A DNA stretch of 63,863 nucleotides, filler included, from Octopus bimaculoides (Eukaryota): assembly GCF_001194135.2 (NCBI RefSeq). It is 9 parts of 8 records of this genome, joined end to end, with 100 filler letters (N's around TTAATTAATTAA, not from the genome) between each part and the next. Parts side by side here need not be neighbours in the genome. Positions count along the whole stretch, not along the records: positions 10,682 to 16,996 come from NC_068981.1; positions 17,097 to 31,015 come from NC_069008.1; 7 more parts are not named here. The stretch is one strand, 5' to 3'. Below are positions 13,436 to 26,631 of this stretch, one piece after another. The translations under genes were made by a program, and so were the position numbers. The notes beneath the pieces are model-generated. The model ran no database searches, was not told the DNA's origin, and saw only the letters and a list, made by a program, of their open reading frames with translations. Within the stretch, counting starts at the first letter, position 1, and each line of letters starts with the position of its first letter.

Positions 13436-13483
13436 ATTGTTGGACAGCGTGTTTCGACTTCCTTTCGTCTCTTCAGCGACGAT
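13436..13483 (-). ncRNA. Minimal type I hammerhead ribozyme motif (Penelope-like element type)
   Basis: Minus strand: UCGUCG CUGAAGA GAC-GAAAGGAA-GUC GAAA CA-CGC-UG UC/ CAACAA. Core intact; stem I has two C-A mismatches. Confidence 0.6.
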
Positions 13484-14221
13484 TTGTTCTGGATGTGCTG
13501 AGTTAAGACGTAAAATATTCGTTTCGATACAGAAATTTGTAAACAAAACATACTCTGTTTTGATTGAAATCCAGCCAAGCTATAATTAAAAATGCATTTG
13601 AAACCGGTTTAGATTAAAATAACGAGCCTTCTTCGATAAAAAATTTTACATGCTGCTAGTACTTTGATACGTTTGAATATATATTGACAGTGTTATTTTA
13701 ATGTTGGTTCTAAATTTTAGCCTGACTACGTATGTGGGACGGCACTATCTGTAGTACTTTCCTGTTAGTGTTGTTCCTTATACAATATAAATCCTTTACA
13801 CGTCGTTTCTAGCCTGGCTGGCATTTGCATAAACCAATAAAGGTTTTCATTACAGATTTCTATATCGGATCGTCTATTTTCGGCTTAGTTCAAAATATCA
13901 GTGGGTGTTCGTCACTGACATGACCCCATGAATTCGAAACGCCGTGTCCGAAGTTCGGTATCTGATAATCTGATCAAGTCCTGTGCTTTTTATGACACAA
14001 GTATTTTTGAGACGTTTCTTTGAGAGAAAACTTTACAAAATTGTTCCACTGTTGTATATACATTATTGATATTATTATAAAATCATCTTAATCTAAAGTT
14101 ATTTCAAGTGTATGTGTATGTGGGTGTGTATGTGTATGTGTGAGTGTCTGAGATAGAGAGAGCAGGAGAGAGAGAGAGAGAGGAAGAAAGAGAAAGAAAG
14201 GGAGAGAGAAGAAGAAGAAGA

Positions 14222-14261
<40 letters not shown>

Positions 14262-14271
14262 NNNNNNNNNN

Positions 14272-14321
<50 letters not shown>

Positions 14322-14906
14322 AACTCACAAAAAACATCTCTAAATCTATACTCATGCTATTTTTAATTATACTTCAAAGAATTAAAAGCACAATTCGAAG
14401 AAGAATTCAAAATAGATTCTTACATAAATGTGCAAATTGTCTTATATTTAATGCGATTCTCTAACTGCATCTGCTTAAAAATATGTTATCTTTTTTTAAT
14501 TATTTTGACTATCATTACAATGTTGAAGTGTGTTCTTAATGAGAAATACACTTCCACAACTGGAATTTAAATAGTAATGATGACGAAAAGCAACTCGTTG
14601 AATTTTAGAAACGTCTTAAATATTTTTGGTGTTCCGGTTTTAGGCTGTATTTGGAAATTGTCTGTCATTCTCTTTACTTGATGTATCTTTATATGATTGT
14701 ATTATAAATATGTAAATTTCCAATGTAAGGTGATCCCAGTTCAAATATTCTTTACTGTAGTCAGGTTGATACGTATTCCATTGTCCCAGAAAGGGTTCGA
14801 AAGCTGACGTTGAAATACGCATGGTTACTCTGAGTTTAAAACTCCAATCTGAGGTTTATAGATCTCTTTTATCTGCTGTGCCTTATCTTATCATGTCATT
14901 AGTGGA

Positions 14907-14952
14907 TCATTGGACTCCGTGTTTCAACTTCATTTGGCCTCCTCAGAGACGA
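14907..14952 (-). ncRNA. Decayed sibling hammerhead motif
   Basis: Minus strand: UCGUCU CUGAGGA GGC-CAAAUGAA-GUU GAAA CACGGAG UC/ CAAUGA; aligns without gaps to 13436-13483. Confidence 0.45.
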
Positions 14953-15296
14953 ATTCTACCAGATATTAAAGATGGAATTCTATCTTTAATCTCCATCCTA
15001 TCAACACCTAAAATGTAAAATTCTTCCCTGAAGACGGAGGTTGGTGGTTCCCGATGATGGAATCAAGTTACAAGCATTCTTTTGTACCACCGAACCCCCA
15101 GGAAAAGCTGAAGGACTCGTAAAACACTCCTCCACAACCCCTTAATTCGTGATATCGTTTCCATTCTATGTATGTCGGACATTTTTATATGTATACACGT
15201 ACATTTTTTGTATCAAATGAATTTATGTATTTTGTATATCGACTTACCTAACTTGCTTGTCCTTACATTTATTCCTATATATATAATTATAGATAG

Positions 15297-15404
<108 letters not shown>

Positions 15405-15932
15405 TTATATTTCGGGACAGTCAATTTTTGTTTACCAAATAATCACACGCATTATATACTCATTCTTCACTTGAGCTTTTTTTTATTATTTTTCATTCTT
15501 TTTAACTCAGGATTTATTGAAACTCCTGGAGTCTTGTATGCGTAGCAGACTTGCTGCCTACACCCTACAGTACCGTGCTATTTGTTCTTTTCCACTGTCT
15601 AATACTTCCCTGCTTATTCTGGCCGTGCCACGGAAGCAACACGTTTGTAAGCTTTTGTTGTATTGGCTACTCTATTCCGATGTCTGAAATCTTTCGTCAC
15701 GCATCCTGTAACCTCTTCAACAATTCTCTTTTGTCTTTCTATCATAAGAGGTTAGAAGATGTGTGACGAAGGATTTGAGACAAAGTGAAGAACAAATATA
15801 TAGTGCGCATGTTTATTTGCAAAAAAAAAAAAACCCCAGAAAACTAATGAACATCCCGAAATATAGCAATATTTATTTCAACAAACGATTTCACAACAGA
15901 AATCTTGCAAAAGATATACATAAACGTATCTG

Positions 15933-16996
15933 ATGCGCTACATCATAGACAGAGTAGTTAAGGATCCTGGCATGGGTGGGGCGCTGATTAATTTAGATCA
16001 ATCAAAGGCTTCCGATAAGGTGGACCATCACTACTTGGAGGATGTCTTTAAAGCGGCTGGTTTCGGTCCCATCTTCCGCGGTTGGATTGCTGCCTTATAC
16101 AGCTGCATCCGCTCGGTAGTTCGCATAAATGGTCATCTATCCAGACCATTTAACATCATGCGTTCGGTTCGTGAAGGAAGCCCCCTCTCGCCGCTTCTGT
16201 ATGTATTGACTCTTGAGCCATTACTGCAGAAGCCGGCGACGCTGAGGGGCATCCCACGAGAGCTGGGATGCGTGAGGAGCGTGTCTGCATACGCGGACGA
16301 GGACACCGTCATAGTGTCGAGCCAAAAGCATATCGACCAGGTCAGCGAGACACTAAAAGAATATGAAGCAGTAACGGGAGGAAAAATTAACCGGGAAAAG
16401 TCAGTGAGCTTGCTGCTCGGCACCTAGAGAAGCAAGACCATGACGTCCAACAGCATCTCCATCGTGGGACGCTGGACCGACGGACCGGTTAAATTGCTTG
16501 GAGTCTGGTCCGGTCTGGACCTCCAAATGGAGAAGAACTGGAGCGAAATAACGACTAGGATGGCCACTCTCACCCAGCAATGGGCTGAGAGGAAGCTACC
16601 CCTAAAAGGTCGGGCGGAGGTGGCGAACGTGGACATCGCATCTGTCATCGAGTACCGTCTGACCGTCGTGACTTGTTCCGACCGTACCATCACCAAACAG
16701 GAACGCATACTCTTCCGCTTCTTGTGGGAGGGAAGCGTTCCGATGGTGAGGCGATCCATTTGCTGTCAACACGCGCTAAATGGAGGGCTAGGCATGCCGT
16801 GGTTGATGATGCGCAGACATGCGCTGAGACTGTGACATATCCGGAGCTTCATAGACGACGGTAAACAGGTGTGGTCACCGTTTGTGCGGCGCGCTTTCCC
16901 GCAGCTCGTCTCCTTGGCCGAACTACAGTCGTGGATCAAACAGAGACCGAGGTTAGGCGAATGGCACCGCGAGTGTCGCGTTGCTCTCAAGCAACT
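15933..16996 (+). pseudogene. 5'-truncated L1/Tx1-clade LINE ORF2 (reverse transcriptase)
   Basis: LDQSKASDKVDH, VREGSPLSPLLY, AYADE(D), GGKINREKS, VKLLGV and GGLGMP, all in one frame with two stops (16425, 16833). Cut by the linker. Confidence 0.9.
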
Positions 16997-17096
16997 NNNN
17001 NNNNNNNNNNNNNNNNNNNNNNNNNNNNNNNNNNNNNNNNTTAATTAATTAANNNNNNNNNNNNNNNNNNNNNNNNNNNNNNNNNNNNNNNNNNNN
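16997..17096. other. Artificial scaffold linker
   Basis: 44 N + TTAATTAATTAA + 44 N. Confidence 0.95.
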
Positions 17097-17161
<65 letters not shown>

Positions 17162-17589
17162 AATAGATAGACGGACGGGCAGAAACATAAAAAGGGAGAG
17201 AGAAAGAGTGCGTGTGTTTGAGAGAGAGAGAGAGAGAGATAGAAAGAGAAAGACAATGAGAGAAAGAAATAGAGAGAGAGAGAATGAGAGAATTGATAGA
17301 GAGAGTGAAAAATGGGAGAGGTAGAGAGAAAATGGAGAAATGAGAAAGTGAGAGTGTGAGAGACCGTGTTTACATTATTGGCAAAGATTTCAAAATATTT
17401 TAGTCAACAAACACAGAAAGGAGAATGGATGTGTGGATGAGAGAAGATGTGTAGCGGAACCGTTGGTTTCCTGTAGGTATATACAGGTTGCACAAATATA
17501 AATAGACATCATTGCTTTTCAAAGATTTATTTCTAGAAACAAAATAATGTCATTTTCATGCATTCAAATATTTAATCTAGGGTTTAGTG

Positions 17590-17740
17590 GACTTAAAATG
17601 GGCAAAATGCTTAAGGGTATATCGTCCATCTTTATGCTGAGTTCGAATTCCGCTGAGGTTGACTTTGCTCTTTATTGTTTCGGGGCTGATGAAATAAGTA
17701 CCATCGTACGAAATTGCTGGCCTTGTGCCAGAATATGAAA
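17590..17740 (+). mobile_element. SINE family A fragment
   Basis: GAGTTCGAATTCCGCTGAGGTTGACTTTGC...TTTCGGGG...AAATAAGTACC. Confidence 0.65.
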
Positions 17741-17890
17741 CCGATATTTAGTAGATGTGCCTTGTGCATAATACAATCACAAGTTTGAAGCACCACGTAG
17801 TATCCTCACTGATAAAACAGCTTGTATGTGTGTGTGTGTTTGTTACCCATGCATACCAACCTCCCCTGTCTATACCGTTATATGTACATA

Positions 17891-18530
17891 GGGTAAATGG
17901 TAAAGATCCCCTTTGGCCATGAATGACCATGGGATTGCACTTAGAAAGTTACCCTCCGAGGCACAAATTTGGGCAAGGTTGTTTATGGAAGACCAGCGGT
18001 CGCCCATGCATACCAGTTTCCCCTCTCCACCCCACCGATGTTATCCAAGGGAAAGGCAAAGGGGCCAATACAGCTTGGCCCCAGTGACGTCACAACTCAT
18101 TCCTACAGCTGAATGAACTGAAGTAACATGAAATAAAGTGTCTTGCTCAAGAACACAACACACAGTCCGGTCTAGGAATCGAACTCACTACGGCATGATT
18201 GAAAGCCTGACGCTCTAGCCACTGAACCATGCTCCTTTACATATATACCTAAACATTAAGACCCTCTTCGGGGTCATAATGGCCATGGTTGCACCTAGAA
18301 ATTCCGTCCCCACCAGGCACTAGTCCAGGCAAGGTTGTTTATGGAAGACCAGCAGTCGCCCATGCATACCACCTTCTCATCTCCACGCCACGGATGTTAA
18401 GGCAAAGGAAAGGCTGTGAAATAAAGCGTCTTGCTTAAGAATACAGCACATACTCTGCTCCGGGAATCGAACTTACTACTACATGATTGTAAGTCCGATA
18501 CTCTAACCATTGAGCCACGCGCCTTCACTT
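17891..18530 (-). mobile_element. Two adjacent SINE family C copies (17891-18235 and about 18260-18530)
   Basis: Reverse complements of 9814-10157; the second copy is internally deleted. Confidence 0.75.
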
Positions 18531-18609
18531 TTGAGATGACTGTGTATATAAATGTAGACAATGGCTTGAAGAAAAAGAGCAAAAGAAGGAAAGACTACAT
18601 ATTCCTTTC

Positions 18610-19200
18610 TACTCTAGGCACAAGGCCCGAAATTTCTTATGGGGAAGGGGCCAGTCGATTAGATCAACCCTAGTATGCAACTGGTACTTAATTTATCGAC
18701 CCCGAGAGGATGAAAGGCAAAGTCGACCTCGGCGGAATTTGAACTCAGAACGTAAAGACAGACGAAACACGGCTAAGTATTTCGCCTGGCGTGCTAACGT
18801 TTCTTATGTCTTTACTGCCCACAAGGGGCTAAATATAGTGGGGACAGACAAGGACGAATGTATAGTGAGTGTGTCTATTTGGTAAAAAAAATGCGTGGCT
18901 GTGTGGTATATATATATATTTATATATATNNNNNNNNNNNNNNNNNNNNNNNNNNNNNNNNNNNNNNNNNNNNNNNNNNNNNNNNNNNNNNNNNNNNNNN
19001 NNNNNNNNNNNNNNNNNNNNNNNNNNNNNNNNNNNNNNNNNNNNNNNNNNNNNNNNNNNNNNNNNNNNNNNCGGGCTTCTTTCAGTTTCTGTCTACCAAA
19101 TCCAATCACAAGGCTTTGGTCGGCCCGAGGTGCAACGCAGTAGGACTGAACCCGGGACCATGTGGTTGGGAAGCAAGCTAATAATCACACAGCCACTCCT
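18610..19200 (-). mobile_element. SINE family A copy and fragment (18610-18900) plus SINE family B head (19072-19200)
   Basis: Reverse complements of 44096-44330 and 10166-10310. Confidence 0.7.
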
Positions 19201-19844
19201 CTCTCTCTCTCTCTATATATATATTATTCGCTTATTCTCTCACTTGTGTTAGCTCAAGGACGGTTTTTTATGTTCAGTTACAATAAAAACAATCTTACAT
19301 CAATCTAAAAGGTTACACCATGCTTGTTTGGAGTACATATTGATTATTCGTTAATACGAAGAATAATGTTGACAGTGAGTTCGAAGTTTCGGCCAGTTAA
19401 GCTATTACCAGACTACACAGACACACACACAAACATACATACATACATACACACACACATATATGTATATATTCACACACATACATAAACGCACATAACA
19501 AACATACATACACACCTTATGTACAATCATTTACTGTTACACATTAGTTTCACATAAATCTATTTTTAAGAAAACTATCTGTTTATCCATCTATCTATCC
19601 GCCTGTTTTTGTCCCATCTTCGTTGAGCCCTGTGTGGCTAATAAAAGAAATGTATCTTCCTATTTATCTGTTTGTCTACCTATCTACCTATCTATCTGTC
19701 TGTCTTTCTATCTATCCATCTATATTTGTGTCTTTCTTTCTATCTATTTATCCATCTATCTATCTATCTATCTATCTATCTATTTTTCTGTGCATCCGTC
19801 ATTCTGTCTGTCTATTTATCTCTTTATCTATCTATCTGTCTGTC

Positions 19845-19879
<35 letters not shown>

Positions 19880-19902
19880 CTACGCGTATGTACATATATA
19901 CA

Positions 19903-19952
<50 letters not shown>

Positions 19953-20135
19953 CATACATGCACACCCATACATACACTGCCCCCCAACGCACAAACTGTG
20001 TAAGCTATCGATCTGCAACCTCCCCTCTTCCAGGACAAAATACGATCCCTTTTAGCTTGTGACAAGGTGCGCGAAATATTTGTAAGAACACCAGTAAGAG
20101 TAGCAGTAGCAGAGACTGCGGGCACCGACGGATGC

Positions 20136-20173
<38 letters not shown>

Positions 20174-20728
20174 TCCCCTCTTTCCCTCTCCCTCTCCCCT
20201 CTCTCTCCTTCTCCCCCCCTTTCTCTCCCTCTCTCTCTCTGTCTCTCACACACACGCACTTACGAAGCATGTTACACACCCGGTGAAAGGCACATGCATA
20301 CGTACATACATACATACACACAAACGCACAAACGCATCACACAAGGTATATATAGCCATACATACACGTACGTGCGGGTGCGCGCGCGCGCAGGCTTTGA
20401 CTCGAACAGCCAACAGGTCTCCTACAATCAACTGGTGGGAAATAGTAGCTATATCGCCCTCAAATCCAGCTCTACTGTTTTAGTATTGTTTCTATGCTTA
20501 TTGCATAATTGGAGGTCGGTCTGTCGGTCTGTCTGTTTTAATCTGTTTGTGTGTGTGTTTATGTGTGTATGTAAATAAATACACACACACACATATATAT
20601 ATATGTATGTATGCATATATACATACTTAAACACACACATACACATACACGTACACACACACATGACAGGAGTCACTTAAAATGAAAATAAAAAACATGT
20701 ATATACTAGACAAATATATATTTATGTT

Positions 20729-20775
<47 letters not shown>

Positions 20776-20905
20776 TTATGTATGTATAATGTATATATAT
20801 ATGTATATACATACATACATGCACACACAGATATACATAAATAGTTCAAATTTACAGAAAACAAATTACGGAGACAGGTGAAGGAATAAACAGGTGTATC
20901 AGTTT

Positions 20906-21004
<99 letters not shown>

Positions 21005-21509
21005 GTGTATGCAATGTGTATATCTATATCTATATATGCAGGTGCGAGTGTGTATATGCATATATATATATATATATATATGTGTATACATACATATTTA
21101 TGTCTTGTATATGTATATCTATATGTATGTATATGTTTGTCAGTATATGTGTGTGTGTGTGTGTGTGTGTCTGTCTGTGTGTGTACAGATGCACTGAAGA
21201 TAGGGGGNNNNNNNNNNNNNNNNNNNNNNNNNNNNNNNNNNNNNNNNNNNNNNNNNNNNNNNNNNNNNNNNNNNNNNNNNNNNNNNNNNNNNNNNNNNNN
21301 NNNNNNNNNNNNNNNNNNNNNNNNNNNNNNNNNNNNNNNNNNNNNNNNNNNNNNNNNNNNNNNNNNNNNNNNNNNNNNNNNNNNNNNNNNNNNNNNNNNN
21401 NNNNNNNNNNNNNNNNNNNNNNNNNNNNNATAGATAGGTACACGCACACGCGCACACGCACACACACACACACACACACAGACACACACGCACAGACACA
21501 CACACACAC

Positions 21510-21581
21510 CTGTAAGATATTTTTGACAAGGTACCCTCTTCGCAGTCGGAGAAATTGCAGCCGAACACCCTCAGACCTCAT
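21510..21581 (-). CDS. Candidate first coding exon, 24 aa, product unknown
   Basis: caagATG at 21581 gives MRSEGVRLQFLRLRRGYLVKNILQ, then CAG|gtgtgt (phase 0). CpG-rich context with an ETS-like CGGAAGTG at 21638-21645. Confidence 0.25.
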
Positions 21582-21794
21582 CTTGCGAGTGCTTGAGAAA
21601 GGTAAAAAACAAAAAAACAAAAACAAAAAAAAAAAAACGGAAGTGGTAGCGTACATCATTGACCTACGTGATGCCTACGGAGGGTTTGTCACGGATGGGA
21701 TCTCTTGCATAATAACAAACAGGACTTGCTCCGTTAAGGGTGGGGCTGAGATGGCACTAAATCACCACCACCACCACCACCACTACTACTACCA

Positions 21795-21825
<31 letters not shown>

Positions 21826-21969
21826 CACTACTACTTCACGCAGAAGCTCATGTGTAAACAGAGACATTGCAACAATGCCAGTCACATAAGCAGTGTACAA
21901 AAGACGCAGAAAATGACGAAAGCAAACGCACGCCCAACTCAGCTCAGCNNNNNNNNNNNNNNNNNNNNN

Positions 21970-22003
<34 letters not shown>

Positions 22004-22544
22004 GGAGAGAGAGAAGGAGTGAGGGAAATAGGTGTAAATTGGTATATCGGCATACAGGTTCATTGATAGATCGATAGATAGATAGATAGATAGATATAGA
22101 GAGATGGATGCATAGGGAGATCGGTGGGGTTACGTAGAGATAGCGAGATATGTAGACACACAGAGAAAATACAGGTATGTACATACACGTATATATGTGT
22201 GTGTATGTGTGTGTTTGCGTGTGTGTCTATGTATCTATATACGTGCATATATATGTATATATCTGAGTTTGCACATACATAAATACATATATATATATAT
22301 ATGCGCATACACGCACACACATACACACACAAATATATGTTTGGTGTTGCAAACAGGGAAAATAGCACTCAAAACATGAGTATGTATATATTTATTCTTT
22401 ATTGATATTTAGCCAAAGCAACGAAGTGACTCAAGGACCGAGCGTTTCATACGTTGACACTTACCACACTAGTTTCAGATCGAAGAGATGTGAATCTGTA
22501 TGTATGTATGTATGTATGTATGTATGTATGTATGTTTGTATATA

Positions 22545-22587
<43 letters not shown>

Positions 22588-22722
22588 NNNNNNNNNNNNN
22601 NNNNNNNNNNNNNNNNNNNNNNNNNNNNNNNNNNNNNNNNNNNNNNNNNNNNNNNNNNNNNNNNNNNNNNNNNNNNNNNNNNNNNNNNNNNNNNNNNNNN
22701 NNNNNNNNNNNNNNNNNNNNNN

Positions 22723-22775
<53 letters not shown>

Positions 22776-23764
22776 ATACACACATACACATATATATACA
22801 TATATGTACACATACATACATATGTGTGTATGGATTGATAGAATAGATTCAAATCACACCATCACTATGTGGTCCCTAATAAGACTATGTGGTCACAGGT
22901 AGGTTGTCTTGCCTTTGATCGTAGGTAGGACTGACCCAGGGTTAAACAAACAATAGCAGCAAGAACAACAACAACAACAACGGCTCGGACAGAAACAGGA
23001 GCAAATACAACCACCACCACCACCACCACCACCAGCAGCAGCACCACCACCACCACCGCCAATATTATCGCAGCCAGCACCACCACTACCTCCTCCCTAC
23101 CACCAGCACTACNNNNNNNNNNNNNNNNNNNNNNNNNNNNNNNNNNNNNNNNNNNNNNNNNNNNNNNNNNNNNNNNNNNNNNNNNNNNNNNNNNNNNNNN
23201 NNNNNNNNNNNNNNNNNNNNNNNNNNNNNNNNNNNNNNNNNNNNNNNNNNNNNNNNNNNNNNNNNNNNNNNNNNNNNNNNNNNNNNNNNNNNNNNNNNNN
23301 NNNNNNNNNNNNNNNNNNNNNNNNNNNNNNNNNNNNNNNNNNNNNNNNNNNNNNNNNNNNNNNNNNNNNNNNNNNNNNNNNNNNNNNNNNNNNNNNNNNN
23401 NNNNNNNNNNNNNNNNNNNNNNNNNNNNNNNNNNNNNNNNNNNNNNNNNNNNNNNNNNNNNNNNNNNNNNNNNNNNNNNNNNNNNNNNNNNNNNNNNNNN
23501 NNNNNNNNNNNNNNNNNNNNNNNNNNNNNNNNNNNNNNNNNNNNNNNNNNNNNNNNNNNNNNNNNNNNNNNNNNNNNNNNNNNNNNNNNNNNNNNNNNNN
23601 NNNNNNNNNNNNNNNNNNNNNNNNNNNNNNNNNNNNNNNNNNNNNNNNNNNNNNNNNNNNNNACCACCGCCATCCTCACCACCACCATCACCACCACCAC
23701 CACCACCACCACCACCACCACCATCTCTGCCACCACCGCCATACCACTCACTACACCGTTTATC

Positions 23765-23909
23765 ATGCAGTTACCAGAAGCTGAACTATTATCACGGCAC
23801 AGTATTAAGCGCCGAGTGAAGTACTACCACTCTGCACTACAACCTACACTATTATTTCTGTGTATCGTATTGAGCAATATACCACTGCCATGTCATGCCT
23901 ATACAACAG
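23765..23909 (+). CDS. Candidate first coding exon of a secreted or cell-surface protein (signal-peptide exon)
   Basis: MQLPEAELLSRHSIKRRVKYYHSALQPTLLFLCIVLSNIPLPCHAYTT+G: basic stretch, hydrophobic core and a C-H-A cleavage-like site. It ends at a perfect donor CAG|GTAAGT (23910) in phase 1. The frame is also open upstream through the (ACC)n tract to a gap. Confidence 0.5.
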
Positions 23910-24084
23910 GTAAGTTGATCTCGCCTCCTGGGGCGTCTTTACACCGCATTTCATACCTGTTTCTTTGTACGGGATTCCTGCTTTCGTGTCGTATTTTCGT
24001 GGTGTATGGTGTGCGCGCGCGCCCGACTTTGTGTGTGTTTGTGTGTGTGTATGTGTTCGTGTGTGCTTGCGTATGTGTATGTGA

Positions 24085-24121
<37 letters not shown>

Positions 24122-24735
24122 CTTAGTTCGTGAGCGTGTGTTTGTGCGCGCGCGCGATTTTCTTAGTGAGTGTTTGTGTGTGTGTGTGTGTACTTGTTTG
24201 TGTATGTATGTGTGAATTTATGTTCATGCGCTTCTTGTGATATGTATGTATGTGTGTGTGTGTGTATGTTTATATGTATATATGTGTGCTTCTTAGTGTG
24301 TATGTATATGCATGCATTTAGTATGTACGAGTGTATGAAGTTATGCATGTATGCATCTATATATANNNNNNNNNNNNNNNNNNNNNNNNNNNNNNNNNNN
24401 NNNNNNNNNNNNNNNNNNNNNNNNNNNNNNNNNNNNNNNNNNNNNNNNTTTTCTTAGTGAGTGTTTGTGTGTGTGTGTGTGTACTTGTTTGTGTATGTAT
24501 GTGTGAATTTATGTTCATGCGCTTCTTGTGATATGTATGTATGTGTGTGTGTGTGTATGTTTATATGTATATATGTGTGCTTCTTAGTGTGTATGTATAT
24601 GCATGCATTTAGTATGTACGAGTGTATGAAGTTATGCATGTATGCATCTATATATATACACATCTTTTTCTACGCACGTTTATTTTCGCGTATGCGTATG
24701 TATATGTGTGTATAAGCGTATGTATATACGCGCGC

Positions 24736-24789
<54 letters not shown>

Positions 24790-24837
24790 TCCCTCGTCAT
24801 GGTTGCACTTCAATGATACACACACACACGCATATAT

Positions 24838-24874
<37 letters not shown>

Positions 24875-24976
24875 CATACACATACGCATGTGTATGCATG
24901 TACGTATATCTGTATGTATGTGTGTGCATGTGTGTATGCATGAGTGTTTTCGATATGTGCATACGTGTGTATTTAT

Positions 24977-25025
<49 letters not shown>

Positions 25026-25648
25026 CACAGATATATACATCTAAAAGTGTGTGTGTGTGTGTGTGTGTGTTTTGATAGGTGTACGCATGTGTCCCTATGT
25101 TTTATAGGTGTAGCCATTTTTCGGATGGGTGTCAGTGCCGATGCTGTTACGTAACTTCGGCTCACCACCAATAAACACACTGTGATCAAATGCTGTACAA
25201 CAAGAAACATCCCGTGTACATACATACATACATACATCCATACATTCACACACACATGCATACATATATACATACATACATAAACACCCATAAGTATGAT
25301 ATGTGCCAACAGGCACGAATCTCTCGGCCGTTGAGTCACTCTGTTGCCTCAGCTATATATTAATAAACATATATTTCTATTTATATCATCGTCCATGGAC
25401 TACATTAAGAAATGTGCCCCATGTGTAGGGTGTACAGCGCGAAAAAACACACACACACACACAGATACATAAGCATACATATACACTTGTACACGCACGC
25501 GTGGTTGTTTTTATAATGCAGGCATATTCATCAATCTATCTATTTATCTATGACATACATGTGTATACGGATTGAAAGGAATGTATATGATATTCATGTA
25601 TGTGTATGTCTTTCATCTGTTATATACATATATATTCGTGTATGTTTG

Positions 25649-25680
<32 letters not shown>

Positions 25681-25687
25681 CGTGTGT

Positions 25688-25720
<33 letters not shown>

Positions 25721-26631
25721 NNNNNNNNNNNNNNNNNNNNNNNNNNNNNNNNNNNNNNNNNNNNNNNNNNNNNNNNNNNNNNNNNNNNNNNNNNNNNNNN
25801 NNNNNNNNNNNNNNNNNNNNNNNNNNNNNNNNNNNNNNNNNNNNNNNNNNNNNNNNNNNNNNNNNNNNNNNNNNNNNNNNNNNNNNNNNNNNNNNNNNNN
25901 NNNNNNNNNNNNNNNNNNNNNNNNNNNNNNNNNNNNNNNNNNNNNNNNNNNNNNNNNNNNNNNNNNNNNNNNNNNNNNNNNNNNNNNNNNNNNNNNNNNN
26001 NNNNNNNNNNNNNNNNNNNNNNNNNNNNNNNNNNNNNNNNNNNNNNNNNNNNNNNNNNNNNNNNNNNNNNNNNNNNNNNNNNNNNNNNNNNNNNNNNNNN
26101 NNNNNNNNNNNNNNNNNNNNNNNNNNNNNNNNNNNNNNNNNNNNNNNNNNNNNNNNNNNNNNNNNNNNNNNNNNNNNNNNNNNNNNNNNNNNNNNNNNNN
26201 NNNNNNNNNNNNNNNNNNNNNNNNNNNNNNNNNNNNNNNNNNNNNNNNNNNNNNNNNNNNNNNNNNNNNNNNNNNNNNNNNNNNNNNNNNNNNNNNNNNN
26301 NNNNNNNNNNNNNNNNNNNNNNNNNNNNNNNNNNNNNNNNNNNNNNNNNNNNNNNNNNNNNNNNNNNNNNNNNNNNNNNNNNNNNNNNNNNNNNNNNNNA
26401 CACACAATTATATATACATATATAGTCCATGTGAAGATATCTTATTCTCATAAGGGACCATCATATCCAAAATTCGACTGGTTTAATCCTCAACACCGTT
26501 AAGGTATGTCTTCGACAGATAAATGGAATTATTATAAGTATAGATATGATTACAGAAGCGCGGAGAGTTGGTAAGGATGTAAAATTAAATTATTAACATA
26601 CTGCCAATTAATTTTATATCCTTACCAACTC

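Noticed and set aside
24159-24655. About 205-bp exact tandem duplication (24159-24365 = 24449-24655)
   Set aside because: The identical copies sit on either side of an N gap, typical of unmerged overlapping contig ends.
25118-25154. Exon 2 for the signal-peptide gene (GVAIFRMGVSADAVT*); also 29490-29559 and 26454-26503
   Set aside because: The phase-compatible frames hit stops quickly or the splice sites are weak; no support.
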